Below the pieces are notes generated by a model. The model was not told the origin of the DNA. It made no database searches and saw only the letters and a list, made by a program, of their open reading frames with translations. A stretch of DNA of 64,000 nt, from assembly GCA_964486995.1 (NCBI GenBank), contig CAZAOV010000003.1, forward strand, positions 686 to 64,685. The letters run 5' to 3'. This stretch comes from an uncultured Gammaproteobacteria bacterium (GTDB lineage: Bacteria > Patescibacteriota > Patescibacteriia > SG8-24). The position numbers and the translations under genes were made by a program. Shown here piece by piece: positions 20,090-29,363 of the stretch (position 1 is its first letter; each line of letters opens with the position of its first letter).

Positions 20090-22336
20090 GTGAGTACAAC
20101 TATGGTTTACGCAAATAATAAAATCGCCTCTTGGATGCTTTTGGCAGTCGTAGTCAGTATTGCTGCCATAATTGTGGCCGTGCCGTTATTGCCGGCCTGG
20201 ACTAGTTACACAACCTGTATTTTTTCCGAGGCGACTTTTTTTCAAATCGCGGTGGAGGTGATGCTGGCAGCATGGATACCGCTGGCCTTAGCCACACCAA
20301 GGTTTCGACCGCGTCGAAGTTGGCTTACCGGGGCGGTTGTATTTTACGCCGTCGTTATGATGGCATCTTTGTTTTTTGCGGTTGATCCATCTCTGTCAGC
20401 CTGGTCAAAAGTCACTCGCATGACCGGTGTCATCAATATGCTGCATATTGTTGGCTGGTTTTTGGTCTTGTCTTCCTCGCTGCGCGGCATCAGACAGTGG
20501 CGTTTTCTGCTCACTGCCAGCGTCGTTGTCAGCACCCTAATCAGCATAATCGCCATTATCGAAGGTGTGGCCGGATCAGGTCCTGTTGTGGCTACCATGT
20601 GCAACCAATCATTTTTGGCCGCTTATCTTCTGCCTCATGTGGGGATTGCAATGTTTTTGCTGTTCAGGGAGAAGCAATGGTTCTTTCGTGTAGCTCTATT
20701 GACCACCTCGACCATTCTGCATCTGATTGCGATGTATTTTTCTGCCAGTCGGTCGGGCATGCTGGCGTCACTTATTTTGGTGGCATCGTTCTTGGTGGTG
20801 TTGGTAGCTAGAACAAAGTTTAAGGCGCATAACAGGCGCTTTCTTGTCGCCCTGATTATTATTGCGTTTTGTGCGGTCATCGGGGCGGTCATCGGGCTAC
20901 GTTATTTGTCGGCCGTGGGTAAGTTGGACGCAAATCTGCCTCGACCCGTCAGCCGTCTGGTGCTGAAGGATTTTGGTGATGACCGGTTAGTTTTATGGAC
21001 ATATGCTTGGCGCGGTTTTATGGAGCGGCCCATATTCGGCTGGGGTAACGAACAGTTCAGCACGCTTTATAGCCAGCACTACAACCCGGCCGGTTTGGAT
21101 AAATACGTGTTTAATGAACGATGGCAGGATCGAGCGCATAATCAGTATCTAGATTCACTGGTGTCTTATGGAATTTTCGGGTTTTTGGCCTTTGTATTGA
21201 TTTGGGCGCTGGCCATTAAGCGGGTGCGTTCGTTGTATCGTGATGACGTGCTGGATGTTTATCAGTCATCGATGCTGATGTCGGTGTTTGTGGCGTTGAT
21301 GCTGTTTTACGCGTTCAATTTTGATACGCCGGCCGCGCTTATCGTAATTTACATGTTGTTTGCGTTCTGCGTTGGGGTCAGTCCGCCGCGCCGCGACGAT
21401 CGATTGTTCCATTCGGCTATGTTGGGTGCGGCGTTGATTACCATCAGTTTTGCCGTTGTGGGAATTAGGTTCATAAATGTGGTTCCGGCCATGAGCATGA
21501 AGACTTTCAGCGAAGCCGAGTCAACAATTTTGACCGATGGCATGAAATCGTTCGAAAAATATAGCGTGGCGCTGAAGGGTGTCGGCCCATACAGAAATGA
21601 TTTTAGGCTCAACCACCTGTTTGCCATCCAAAAATATGTCGATCACGCCGGAATGCGCGGTATGCCCCTGGAAACTCTAGTCCGTCAGGCAGTGCATGAA
21701 ACCAAAGATATGGTCGGTGATGCGCCGTACGACTATCGATCGCATTTGGCTAATGCGGTAGCTAATCGGCTAATGGCAGAGTTCGGCGAAGACACCATTC
21801 AAACCGCAAAGGTCAGCGCGCAAAAGGCTCTTGAGTTGGCGCCGACGCGATTTGACGCTCACTTTGAGTTGGGTGAGATTAGTTTAGCTGCGCGGAATTA
21901 TAGACAGTCCGAGCATCATTTTATGCGTGCCATTGAGTATTCTTATTGGAATTTGGCCGGTTTTGATGAATTGGTCTATTATCGCTTAGCTCAGCTGTAC
22001 GTTGAGCAAGGTGATTATGCTATGGCTCGGGAGTGGTTGGCACGCAGTCAGGCGGGTGCGGCATATCCGGCCACTCAAGATGCCAGACTGGTCATGGCCA
22101 TGGATAACCTGTTGGAGACGGATCAGGCCGCATCTGCATTTGCGTTCACATCTTATGTTGATGCGACATTGAATAATTTTATCGTTCATCCGGAGTTGCA
22201 CGCCGCTGCGGCAAGGTATTATGCGGCATTGGGCAACAAGAATCGTGCCGCTCAAATCGTAAATGGCATGGTCGCCACTACACCCGCTTTGGCTCGGCAG
22301 TTGGTAGAAGAATTGGACTTGCCGTTTACTGAATAA
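20090..22336 (+). CDS. O-antigen ligase-like/TPR protein, paralog 4
   Basis: SASRSG, ERPIFGWG, DRAHNQYLD. Start uncertain. Confidence 0.8.
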   Translation: MSTTMVYANNKIASWMLLAVVVSIAAIIVAVPLLPAWTSYTTCIFSEATFFQIAVEVMLAAWIPLALATPRFRPRRSWLTGAVVFYAVVMMASLFFAVDPSLSAWSKVTRMTGVINMLHIVGWFLVLSSSLRGIRQWRFLLTASVVVSTLISIIAIIEGVAGSGPVVATMCNQSFLAAYLLPHVGIAMFLLFREKQWFFRVALLTTSTILHLIAMYFSASRSGMLASLILVASFLVVLVARTKFKAHNRRFLVALIIIAFCAVIGAVIGLRYLSAVGKLDANLPRPVSRLVLKDFGDDRLVLWTYAWRGFMERPIFGWGNEQFSTLYSQHYNPAGLDKYVFNERWQDRAHNQYLDSLVSYGIFGFLAFVLIWALAIKRVRSLYRDDVLDVYQSSMLMSVFVALMLFYAFNFDTPAALIVIYMLFAFCVGVSPPRRDDRLFHSAMLGAALITISFAVVGIRFINVVPAMSMKTFSEAESTILTDGMKSFEKYSVALKGVGPYRNDFRLNHLFAIQKYVDHAGMRGMPLETLVRQAVHETKDMVGDAPYDYRSHLANAVANRLMAEFGEDTIQTAKVSAQKALELAPTRFDAHFELGEISLAARNYRQSEHHFMRAIEYSYWNLAGFDELVYYRLAQLYVEQGDYAMAREWLARSQAGAAYPATQDARLVMAMDNLLETDQAASAFAFTSYVDATLNNFIVHPELHAAAARYYAALGNKNRAAQIVNGMVATTPALARQLVEELDLPFTE

Positions 22337-22349
22337 TTGCTAGACAAAT

Positions 22350-22387
22350 GACCAAAACACCCCATCTGCTGATGGGGTGTTTTGGTC
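22350..22387. terminator. Bidirectional terminator
   Basis: GACCAAAACACCCCATC-TGCT-GATGGGGTGTTTTGGTC, a 17-bp perfect stem. Confidence 0.75.
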
Positions 22388-22388
22388 G

Positions 22389-22487
22389 CATTCCGCTCCA
22401 AGTCTCTGCTTCCTGATGCGCGGGACAAGGTAGACAGACGCCTGCCCACCTTGTCCCGCGCACCGAAGCCGGATACTTGGAACGGGA
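22389..22487. repeat. Long hairpin element abutting the tRNA-Thr 3' end
   Basis: Imperfect inverted repeat of about 100 nt. Its 22438-22487 part matches 22635-22684 at 48/50 nt. Confidence 0.8.
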
Positions 22488-22563
22488 TGGAGCCACCTCG
22501 CGGATTCGAACCGCGGACCTCTGCTTTACGAAAGCATTGCTCTACCGACTGAGCTAAGGTGGC
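22488..22563 (-). tRNA. tRNA-Thr(CGT)
   Basis: Cloverleaf GCCACCT...AGGTGGC-T-CCA; anticodon loop TTCGTAA; T loop TTCGAAT. Confidence 0.95.
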
Positions 22564-22581
22564 ATGATAACGGCTGTATCG

Positions 22582-22684
22582 CATCTCGCTCCGGGTTTCT
22601 GTCGCTTGTGTCTTGCAGGACACAGGGTGGATAAACGCCTGCCCACCTTGTCCCGCGCACCGAAGCCCGATACTCGGAACGGGA
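22582..22684. repeat. Long hairpin element abutting the tRNA-Gly 3' end
   Basis: Second copy of the tRNA-trailer element, with a diverged distal arm. Confidence 0.75.
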
Positions 22685-22758
22685 TGGAGCGGGGTACGGG
22701 AATCGAACCCGCGTTATTTGCTTGGGAAGCAGACGTACTACCATTGTACTAACCCCGC
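22685..22758 (-). tRNA. tRNA-Gly(CCC)
   Basis: GCGGGGT...ACCCCGC-T-CCA; anticodon loop TTCCCAA. Confidence 0.95.
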
Positions 22759-22854
22759 ATTGAGTATATATCGTGGACTTCGACATAGTCCGCTGTACCA
22801 CTAACGCAACATATTATATACTTATTTTGAGGTATTGCAAGTGTTGTTGAAATC

Positions 22855-23535
22855 ATGATTCGGTTCAAAAACGTCTCTAAATACTATCCGCCAAAGGTGG
22901 TCGGAGTCCAAAATGTTAACCTGCATATCCGTCCAGGTGAATTTGTGTCTATTGTTGGGCAAAGCGGAACTGGAAAGACCACCCTAGTAAAGCTGTTGAT
23001 CGCTGAGGAGAAACCCACACGCGGTCAGATTGTAGTTGGCGGGTGGGATATTTCTGGCATCAAGTCCTCAGAGGTTCCGTTGCTGCGCCGGCAGATTGGC
23101 GTAGTGTTTCAGGATTTTAAGCTGCTACCCAAGAAGACCGTTTACGAAAATGTAGCCTTTGCGCTCGAAGTGTCTGGTGCGCGCCCTCGGCGGATTAAGA
23201 ACATCGTTCCGCAGGCGCTCAAGATAGTCGGGCTGACCGATAAGACATCTCGCTATCCGCGTCAATTATCGGGTGGCGAACAGCAACGCGTAGTGATTGC
23301 GCGCGCTTTGGTGCATCGACCGAAGATTATTGTCGCTGATGAGCCTACCGGAAATTTGGATTCGCTCAACACATGGGAGATTATAGATCTGCTGAAACGA
23401 ATAAACGGTTTTGGTACCACGGTCGTTCTGGTAACGCATGACCGCGAAGTCGTTAACGCCCTCAGTCGCCGCGTCATCACTATCGATAATGGCCTGATAG
23501 TGTCAGACGTGGAAGAGGGCAAGTATGTACTATGA
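22855..23535 (+). CDS. ftsE: Cell division ATP-binding protein FtsE
   Basis: GQSGTGKTT, RRQIGVVFQDFKLL, LSGGEQQR, DEPTGNLD; directly upstream of ftsX. Confidence 0.92.
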   Translation: MIRFKNVSKYYPPKVVGVQNVNLHIRPGEFVSIVGQSGTGKTTLVKLLIAEEKPTRGQIVVGGWDISGIKSSEVPLLRRQIGVVFQDFKLLPKKTVYENVAFALEVSGARPRRIKNIVPQALKIVGLTDKTSRYPRQLSGGEQQRVVIARALVHRPKIIVADEPTGNLDSLNTWEIIDLLKRINGFGTTVVLVTHDREVVNALSRRVITIDNGLIVSDVEEGKYVL

Positions 23536-24449
23536 GACCGGCACCAATGTTTAGAGTAATCAAATTTGGCTTACAGAATTTCTTTCGAAATATTTGGCTG
23601 TCATTCGCCACGGTAAGTGTTTTGACGCTGACCGTTATTTCGGTGAACGCGATTTTGGTGATGAACGTGCTGGGTCAGGTCGCGGTTTCCGCAGTCGAAT
23701 CTAAAGTGGACGTGAGCGCCCATTTTCGTCCGGACGTTGAGGAGGATCGTGTGCAGACAGTGAAGGTGGCGCTGCTTGGGATGCAGGAAGTACGCGACGT
23801 TGCTTACGTTTCGCCCGAGGATAATTTAACCGAGTTCAAGAGAATTAATGGGCATGATTCTGATTTGGTGGTTGCGCTTGAGGAAATCGATGAGAATCCG
23901 TTCGGTGCAACATTGATCGTGAAAGCTCGTGACGTGGCCGACTATCCGGCTGTGCTGCAGGCGCTGTCTCAGCCGTTGTTTACAAACCTTATTGAGGAAA
24001 AAGATTTTTCGGACTACGAAGCCATGGTGTCCAGATTGAACTACATCACGACACGGGTGGAAATCGTCATGTTGGCGTTAAGTGTGGCGTTTGGTCTGGT
24101 GGCGCTGTTAATCGTCATGAACGCGATTCGCGTTTCAATCTATACGCACAAGGAAGAAATTAGCATCATGCGTCTGGTTGGCGCGTCTAACTGGTTTATT
24201 CGTGGGCCGTTTTATGTTGAAGCGTTGCTGTGGACCGTGATTTCCGTCGGGGCGACCCTAGCTTTGCTTTACCCTTTATTGGTGGTCATTCAACCGTTTT
24301 TGCATCGCTTCTTCAATACTGAATCCATTGACTTGATTGCGTTCTACCAAGTGAATTTCATACAGGTTGTAGGCTTGCAGTTCTTAGGCGTTGCGGTCAT
24401 GACGCTGGTCACCACAAAAATGGCGACGGCGAGATATCTTAAGATATAA
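23532..24449 (+). CDS. ftsX: Cell division permease FtsX
   Basis: FFRNIWLS, EISIMRLVGASNWFIRGPF; overlaps the ftsE stop. Confidence 0.9.
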   Translation: MRPAPMFRVIKFGLQNFFRNIWLSFATVSVLTLTVISVNAILVMNVLGQVAVSAVESKVDVSAHFRPDVEEDRVQTVKVALLGMQEVRDVAYVSPEDNLTEFKRINGHDSDLVVALEEIDENPFGATLIVKARDVADYPAVLQALSQPLFTNLIEEKDFSDYEAMVSRLNYITTRVEIVMLALSVAFGLVALLIVMNAIRVSIYTHKEEISIMRLVGASNWFIRGPFYVEALLWTVISVGATLALLYPLLVVIQPFLHRFFNTESIDLIAFYQVNFIQVVGLQFLGVAVMTLVTTKMATARYLKI

Positions 24450-24451
24450 CT

Positions 24452-25195
24452 ATGTTCTGGTCTGGGAGGAAAAAGATAAAGTCCGATGCGTCGGTTCTTT
24501 TTATTTTTATCGCGGCGGTAGGTACTTTGATTTTAGCCACTGCAGTTTTAGAAATCAGCTCGGTCAAACGAACTGTCGTTGAGGAAAAAGCGCCGGTGCC
24601 GTTGATGAACAATGATTCATCTTTACCAGAAGGGATTATAGATTCAGCTCGACGAATGGATATAGAGTTATTGGCGGAACCGGCTACCGTTTTGGCCTAT
24701 CGTCAGAACGGCCGTCAGATGTTGGGTCTGATGAAGTGGGACCGGCGTTCTGGGAAGAATGCTCTAAAAACGGAAATCGTATTGCATGGCACGATGAATC
24801 AGGCTGAACTGCCAGAGCTGTCGGTTAAAAAATATGGCTGGAGTCAGGATTTAGAGGTTGAGTTGCGCTGGTCCGCGGCGAACAGCGATCTCGACGTGCT
24901 GACTCATGTAATGGTTGATGGAACGCAATTGAAACAGCTCAAGATTGAACGTGCAGACGGCATCAGTCGGTACGAATTGTTTGAGGAGGGGGATACCGTA
25001 CTCGGCGAAACGTCTATAGAGATAAAAGATATGGATAACGATGGTGTGGCTGAACTACTTGCCGAGACGATCGATTCATACGGCAATCGCGTGGTTGACG
25101 TCTATCTGTGGGCTGGAGATCGGTTAGCCTGGAACGAAAGCTGGAGCAGAGCCATGACAGCGAGAGACGGTCTGTTTCCGGAGCCAGGAGAATAG
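24452..25195 (+). CDS. Hypothetical membrane-anchored protein
   Basis: One TM helix; DMDNDGVAEL Ca-binding-like motif; co-oriented with ftsEX. Confidence 0.65.
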   Translation: MFWSGRKKIKSDASVLFIFIAAVGTLILATAVLEISSVKRTVVEEKAPVPLMNNDSSLPEGIIDSARRMDIELLAEPATVLAYRQNGRQMLGLMKWDRRSGKNALKTEIVLHGTMNQAELPELSVKKYGWSQDLEVELRWSAANSDLDVLTHVMVDGTQLKQLKIERADGISRYELFEEGDTVLGETSIEIKDMDNDGVAELLAETIDSYGNRVVDVYLWAGDRLAWNESWSRAMTARDGLFPEPGE

Positions 25196-25270
25196 CAAAA
25201 AATAGAAAAACAGCACCGATCGGTGCTGTTTTTGGTTGTAAGGTGGCTGGCCAGCGAAATCTCAACCCAA

Positions 25271-25531
25271 TTATTTTATGAGCTTCAAATGCGGGGCGTC
25301 ATCAATTGGATAATGGCTGCCCACTTGTCTGATCGGCGTTCTGAAATGCAAGTGAATGATTTTACCGCTTTCGCCCAGGACGCGTTGGCAGATTGGACAA
25401 AATTTATCTGCGTTTCTCGTACCCACTGAATACGAACCGTCGAGATGTTGAAAAGTGAAGACCTTACCTTCTGGGTGCTTTTTGTTTCTTAGTTTTAGCT
25501 GGGCACCGCTGAGCAGTTCAAGTAGCGTCAT
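25271..25531 (-). CDS. Hypothetical small protein (CxxC)
   Basis: 86-aa ORF convergent on a terminator; contains CPIC. Confidence 0.35.
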   Translation of the reverse strand: MTLLELLSGAQLKLRNKKHPEGKVFTFQHLDGSYSVGTRNADKFCPICQRVLGESGKIIHLHFRTPIRQVGSHYPIDDAPHLKLIK

Positions 25532-25630
25532 TTTTTTTTCGCGCTAAAGGATGTCTCCCCCAAACCCCCTGTTCGAATCCTGGTTTTAGTTGTTGGGACA
25601 AAAAACCACCCTTCGCGGACGGTTAGTTGA

Positions 25631-25704
25631 TGGTTCGGGGACCAGGATTCGAACCTGGATTGACGGCTTCAAAGGCCGCTGTCCTACCATTGGACGATCC
25701 CCGA
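25631..25704 (-). tRNA. tRNA-Gln(TTG)
   Basis: TCGGGGA...TCCCCGA-A-CCA; anticodon loop CTTTGAA. Confidence 0.93.
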
Positions 25705-25908
25705 ATGCATGAAGTTGGAAATTTACCGATTATTCGGCGCAGGAGTTCTTTATTTGTCACCTGCCTGCCTTCCGCAGCCTTGGCGGAGGCGGGGACGACC
25801 CCCCAAATTAGTGCGTTAGCAGTTTACTTGATGAAAACAATCTAGGCAAGGACTCGGACTCCGTTGGCGATGGTGATATAATAACCACAGATTAATTAAA
25901 GCATTATT

Positions 25909-26439
25909 ATGGTGTCCGGAATAATAGTTCGATTTACAGCAGCCGCCTTTCTCCTGTTCAACATGATCATATTTATCGCTTCGGCTATTCGGTCCGTGCG
26001 GAGCCTGATGGCGCCGTCGGAAGACGAAAATATGATGTTTTCGGTAGTGTTTATGCTGTTGTCGTTGGTGTTTGCGGTCTGGGTGTGGGGGATGCTGAGC
26101 AAGGTATTCAAGAAGGATTGGCCTCGCAAATCGTTCATTCATATCAAGACCGATTGGCGTAAATATGTCGCCACGGTGCTGGTGCTAATAGGTCTGGTGT
26201 TGTTGTTCGGTTCGCCCATCGGGTTCTATGCGAGCATCGGGTACATGGCCGGTTCGCAGTTTGCCCAATTGGCGCAACAAGAATTCGCCGGACTGCTTGG
26301 TTTGGAATTGCCTGAACTCTTACTGAAATCGGTGGCTTGGACATTTCAATGGAATTTTGCCTCATTCATGGCGGGGTTCTGCATATGGATTTATTCGGCC
26401 ATAGCAGGTGCGATGACGCAGAGCAAGGCCTTCAAGTAA
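25909..26439 (+). CDS. Hypothetical membrane protein (about 4 TM)
   Basis: Hydrophobic ORF followed by a terminator. Confidence 0.65.
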   Translation: MVSGIIVRFTAAAFLLFNMIIFIASAIRSVRSLMAPSEDENMMFSVVFMLLSLVFAVWVWGMLSKVFKKDWPRKSFIHIKTDWRKYVATVLVLIGLVLLFGSPIGFYASIGYMAGSQFAQLAQQEFAGLLGLELPELLLKSVAWTFQWNFASFMAGFCIWIYSAIAGAMTQSKAFK

Positions 26440-26485
26440 CGTTGACGCAAAGAAAAACCGCTTTTTGAAAGCGGTTTTATTGTTG

Positions 26486-26845
26486 CTAATCTCCGGATTC
26501 ATTAAGGTCTTCCGGAATGTTGGTGCCATACTTGAGAAGCAGCTGCATGGCCTGATCTTCACTGAATCCAGCCTTTATCAATGCCGAAAACCTGTCATGG
26601 AGGTTCGCGGCATGGATTTGGTATAGTGGCTTGGAGAAAAAAGACTGGGCGAATATCGTGATGATATCTACCTGTTCGTTATAGACGATTCGCTCGACTT
26701 TATCGCTCGTTAATTCGCGCCATTTGTCGATTGCCAGCTGAGTGATATCTTCCGCGCTTTCATCATCCGGCGATTGGTCGTTATGATACCGCACCAGTAA
26801 AGCGATAAGTTCTTTCGGTGGTTCCGGAATGTTGAATTGAGTCAT
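26486..26845 (-). CDS. Hypothetical protein, paralog A (GFxEDQAMQLLL motif)
   Basis: ATG 26845 follows GGAGG. Shares its C-terminal motif with the neighbouring gene. Confidence 0.7.
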   Translation of the reverse strand: MTQFNIPEPPKELIALLVRYHNDQSPDDESAEDITQLAIDKWRELTSDKVERIVYNEQVDIITIFAQSFFSKPLYQIHAANLHDRFSALIKAGFSEDQAMQLLLKYGTNIPEDLNESGD

Positions 26846-26931
26846 GTTACCTCCAAAGCAAGTCACCCGAAAGTATAGCGGGCTAATGGATTAATGCAAT
26901 AGAAAACCACCCTCAACGGGTGGTGGCTGCG

Positions 26932-27201
26932 CTAAGTGTCCGTGAGATTGGCTTTTAGGCCCCAGCGCAGAAGCAGCTGCATGGCCTGATCTTCGTTAAA
27001 GCCGACGTTCAGAAACGCATCGAAACGAGCGCGCAGTAGAGTCGCCTGGTCGTGAAATAGTGTCGGATGACAGGCCTTCAGCAGCTGCAGTTCCTTGAAT
27101 TCTTCTGGGATTTGCGGCACATCGCTGTCGATGAGCTTGGTTTTCCCCTCGCAATTTTCGGTGTTGGCTGGAGGCAGGTCGAGACTATTTTTATCACTCA
27201 T
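26932..27201 (-). CDS. Hypothetical protein, paralog B (GFxEDQAMQLLL motif)
   Basis: GAGGA SD; RFDAFLNVGFNEDQAMQLLL. Confidence 0.7.
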   Translation of the reverse strand: MSDKNSLDLPPANTENCEGKTKLIDSDVPQIPEEFKELQLLKACHPTLFHDQATLLRARFDAFLNVGFNEDQAMQLLLRWGLKANLTDT

Positions 27202-27320
27202 GCTTCCTCTTAAATAAGCTTTAGTAAACGTACTGCTCTAAAAAAAAACAGTCAATCGCCTTGACTGTCAGCACGATATAGATTAATATTTCTTCGATAA
27301 GTTTGTTCTTTGGAGTCAGC

Positions 27321-27722
27321 ATGGCAATAAAGTTGGTAGCATATGATTGGCTTTTGCGACCGGTGTGGTTGCAAGAGGTTTCGCTGCGTGACGGTGTGAG
27401 ATCAAAAACTCCGCGTCTTAGGAAGTTTTTGCTTATCGAAGACACTGGTGAGTTAGTGCTGGTAGTCGGACCTCGTTTCTCGTGGCCCATGGAGTATCAT
27501 CATTTTCTCCTGCGAGACAAGTATAAGCAGAGATACGGTATGCAGGGTCGGTGTTTGGGCGGTGGAGTGTTGTCTGCCGAACGTAATTGTGACGCTGGGT
27601 ATCAGGCTCAGCTAGCCTTTTGGAAGAATTTTGTCTGCGGAACGTATAACGACGATCTGGCCGGGCTGGAGAATATGCTTAACATCATGCTTAAGTGTCA
27701 GGTCAAAATTACTGTCGAATAA
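27321..27722 (+). CDS. Hypothetical protein
   Basis: GGAG SD, upstream TTGACT, downstream terminator. Confidence 0.5.
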   Translation: MAIKLVAYDWLLRPVWLQEVSLRDGVRSKTPRLRKFLLIEDTGELVLVVGPRFSWPMEYHHFLLRDKYKQRYGMQGRCLGGGVLSAERNCDAGYQAQLAFWKNFVCGTYNDDLAGLENMLNIMLKCQVKITVE

Positions 27723-27754
27723 GACCGATACAGCCAGCCTGAACTGGCTGTTTT

Positions 27755-27794
27755 TTATCCCCAAATAGGTCCCTGGCACCTATTTTGTGGATAA
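27755..27794. repeat. Palindrome family B copy 1 (DnaA-box-like ends, GGTnCCTGGCACC core)
   Basis: TTATCCCCAAATAGGTCCCTGGCACCTATTTTGTGGATAA; related copy at 62445. Confidence 0.75.
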
Positions 27795-27831
27795 GTTGGT
27801 TGTTGTAGCTGGTCTGCTAAAATATAGACAT

Positions 27832-28626
27832 ATGAACAAAGTCGCAAAAACAACGGCTCAGGCCGATCTCAAAGCCTCGATTCTAGAGGTGATAAATCAG
27901 CTCGGTGGAATGGGGCAGTTTCTCCAAGAAGGGGAGCGGGTTTTAGTGAAGCCGAATTTTAATACAGCCGACCCGCCACCTGCCTCAACCGATCCGGAAT
28001 TTTTGGCGGCGTTCGTTGATTTGTTGAGCGAGCATGGTGCGGCGCAGGTTACGGTGGGGGAGTCGTCCACTTTTTACGACATCACGAATTATGATTTGCA
28101 GAAAGCCGGTGCGACCGCACTTACTGAAGGTCGACCGTGGCTCGAGGTGCTTTCATTCGACGAAGGGGAGTGGGTTAAAAAGAAAATCGAGGGAGGGGAG
28201 TCACTGAAGAGCGTTCGCGTCCCAAAGATGCTAGAGGATTTTGATAAGATGTTTTTTGTTTGTTGTTTGAAAACCCACTGCTATGCGCAGTTTACCGGTG
28301 CGATTAAATTATCGGTCGGACTGATGAAGCCAAATGAACGCATCGCTCTGCATATGCGAAATCTGCAGCTCAAGATTGCGGAGTTGGCATCGGTATTTTC
28401 GCCGGATTTATGCGTGATGGACGGACGGAAATGTTTTATCACTAAGGGGCCGAGTAAGGGTGAGGTGCGCGAGCCGAATTATATTTTCGCTTCTACTGAT
28501 CGCATCGCATTAGATATAGAGGGCATCAAGGAAATTCAAAAATTTGATGGTAACGATTTATCCGATGTGGTTCCAGAAGAGTTACCTCAAATAAAACGAG
28601 CACTGGAGTTGGGGATTGACAGATAA
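27832..28626 (+). CDS. DUF362 domain protein
   Basis: VLVKPN..STDP, VGES, LKTH..FTGAIK, DRIALD. Confidence 0.85.
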   Translation: MNKVAKTTAQADLKASILEVINQLGGMGQFLQEGERVLVKPNFNTADPPPASTDPEFLAAFVDLLSEHGAAQVTVGESSTFYDITNYDLQKAGATALTEGRPWLEVLSFDEGEWVKKKIEGGESLKSVRVPKMLEDFDKMFFVCCLKTHCYAQFTGAIKLSVGLMKPNERIALHMRNLQLKIAELASVFSPDLCVMDGRKCFITKGPSKGEVREPNYIFASTDRIALDIEGIKEIQKFDGNDLSDVVPEELPQIKRALELGIDR

Positions 28627-28809
28627 CTCACAAAGGACCGTTTCGTCGGAGTCAAGCCTCCTCTGCAGGGGGAGGCCGGGGTGGAGGGTTTCGAATACGA
28701 GTGCATTCCCGAAACCACGCGGATTAATGTTCGTCGCACACATTTTAGGATTGACAGGGACACTTAGTTTTGATATCGTAACTCGCTAATTAAAATACGG
28801 AGGTCAACG

Positions 28810-29253
28810 ATGGACCTGCTGGCCGATTTGTTTAGCGTACTTCATTATATTTGGAGCGCGGCGTCGGTGCTGCTGTTTGTGGGCGCAATAGTGATGGTCA
28901 TCATCCTGTTCGCCAAGCCGTCCGCGGCCATAGTGAAGAAGATTGCTGCAATAACCGTATGGTCGTTCTTCGGCTGGTGTGGCATTACGATTTTTGCGCA
29001 GATGTTGCTCGGTGGTTGCCCGCTCACCATTATCGAAAATGAATTGCGTACGGCCGAGAATCCGCTGTTCGTTCCAATGGAATCGTTCCTGGTCACTTCG
29101 TGTCACCAGCATTTCGGCTGCAATGTGGGGTCGGAGGTTATCACCCACCTTACCTTAATGCTGGCCGGTTTTTCCGTATTGCTTCTGCTGCTCATGATTA
29201 TCATGGGTAAGGTGACGCAATATGCGCTTGAAGCACGGCGAAGAACAAAATAA
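28810..29253 (+). CDS. DUF2784-like membrane protein
   Basis: Three TM helices with the GCPLTIIENELR motif. Confidence 0.65.
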   Translation: MDLLADLFSVLHYIWSAASVLLFVGAIVMVIILFAKPSAAIVKKIAAITVWSFFGWCGITIFAQMLLGGCPLTIIENELRTAENPLFVPMESFLVTSCHQHFGCNVGSEVITHLTLMLAGFSVLLLLLMIIMGKVTQYALEARRRTK

Positions 29254-29363
29254 TTAGATAGGCAGCGTTATAAAGCGGCGGCACGGTAGTCCGCCGCTCT
29301 TTTTTTGAAACCAAACCAGGTTTGTGTGGATAAAAAACCACCCAAACATGGGTGGCGTATGCG

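Noticed and set aside
22389-22690. Direct repeats as a CRISPR array or an attL/attR pair
   Set aside because: There are only two copies, separated by a tRNA. There is no cas or integrase gene, and the repeats lie outside the tRNA sequence.
28653-28716. Two hairpins, one containing TTCGAAT, as a tRNA or tmRNA fragment
   Set aside because: No cloverleaf, acceptor stem or CCA could be built. Probably a terminator or repeat remnant.
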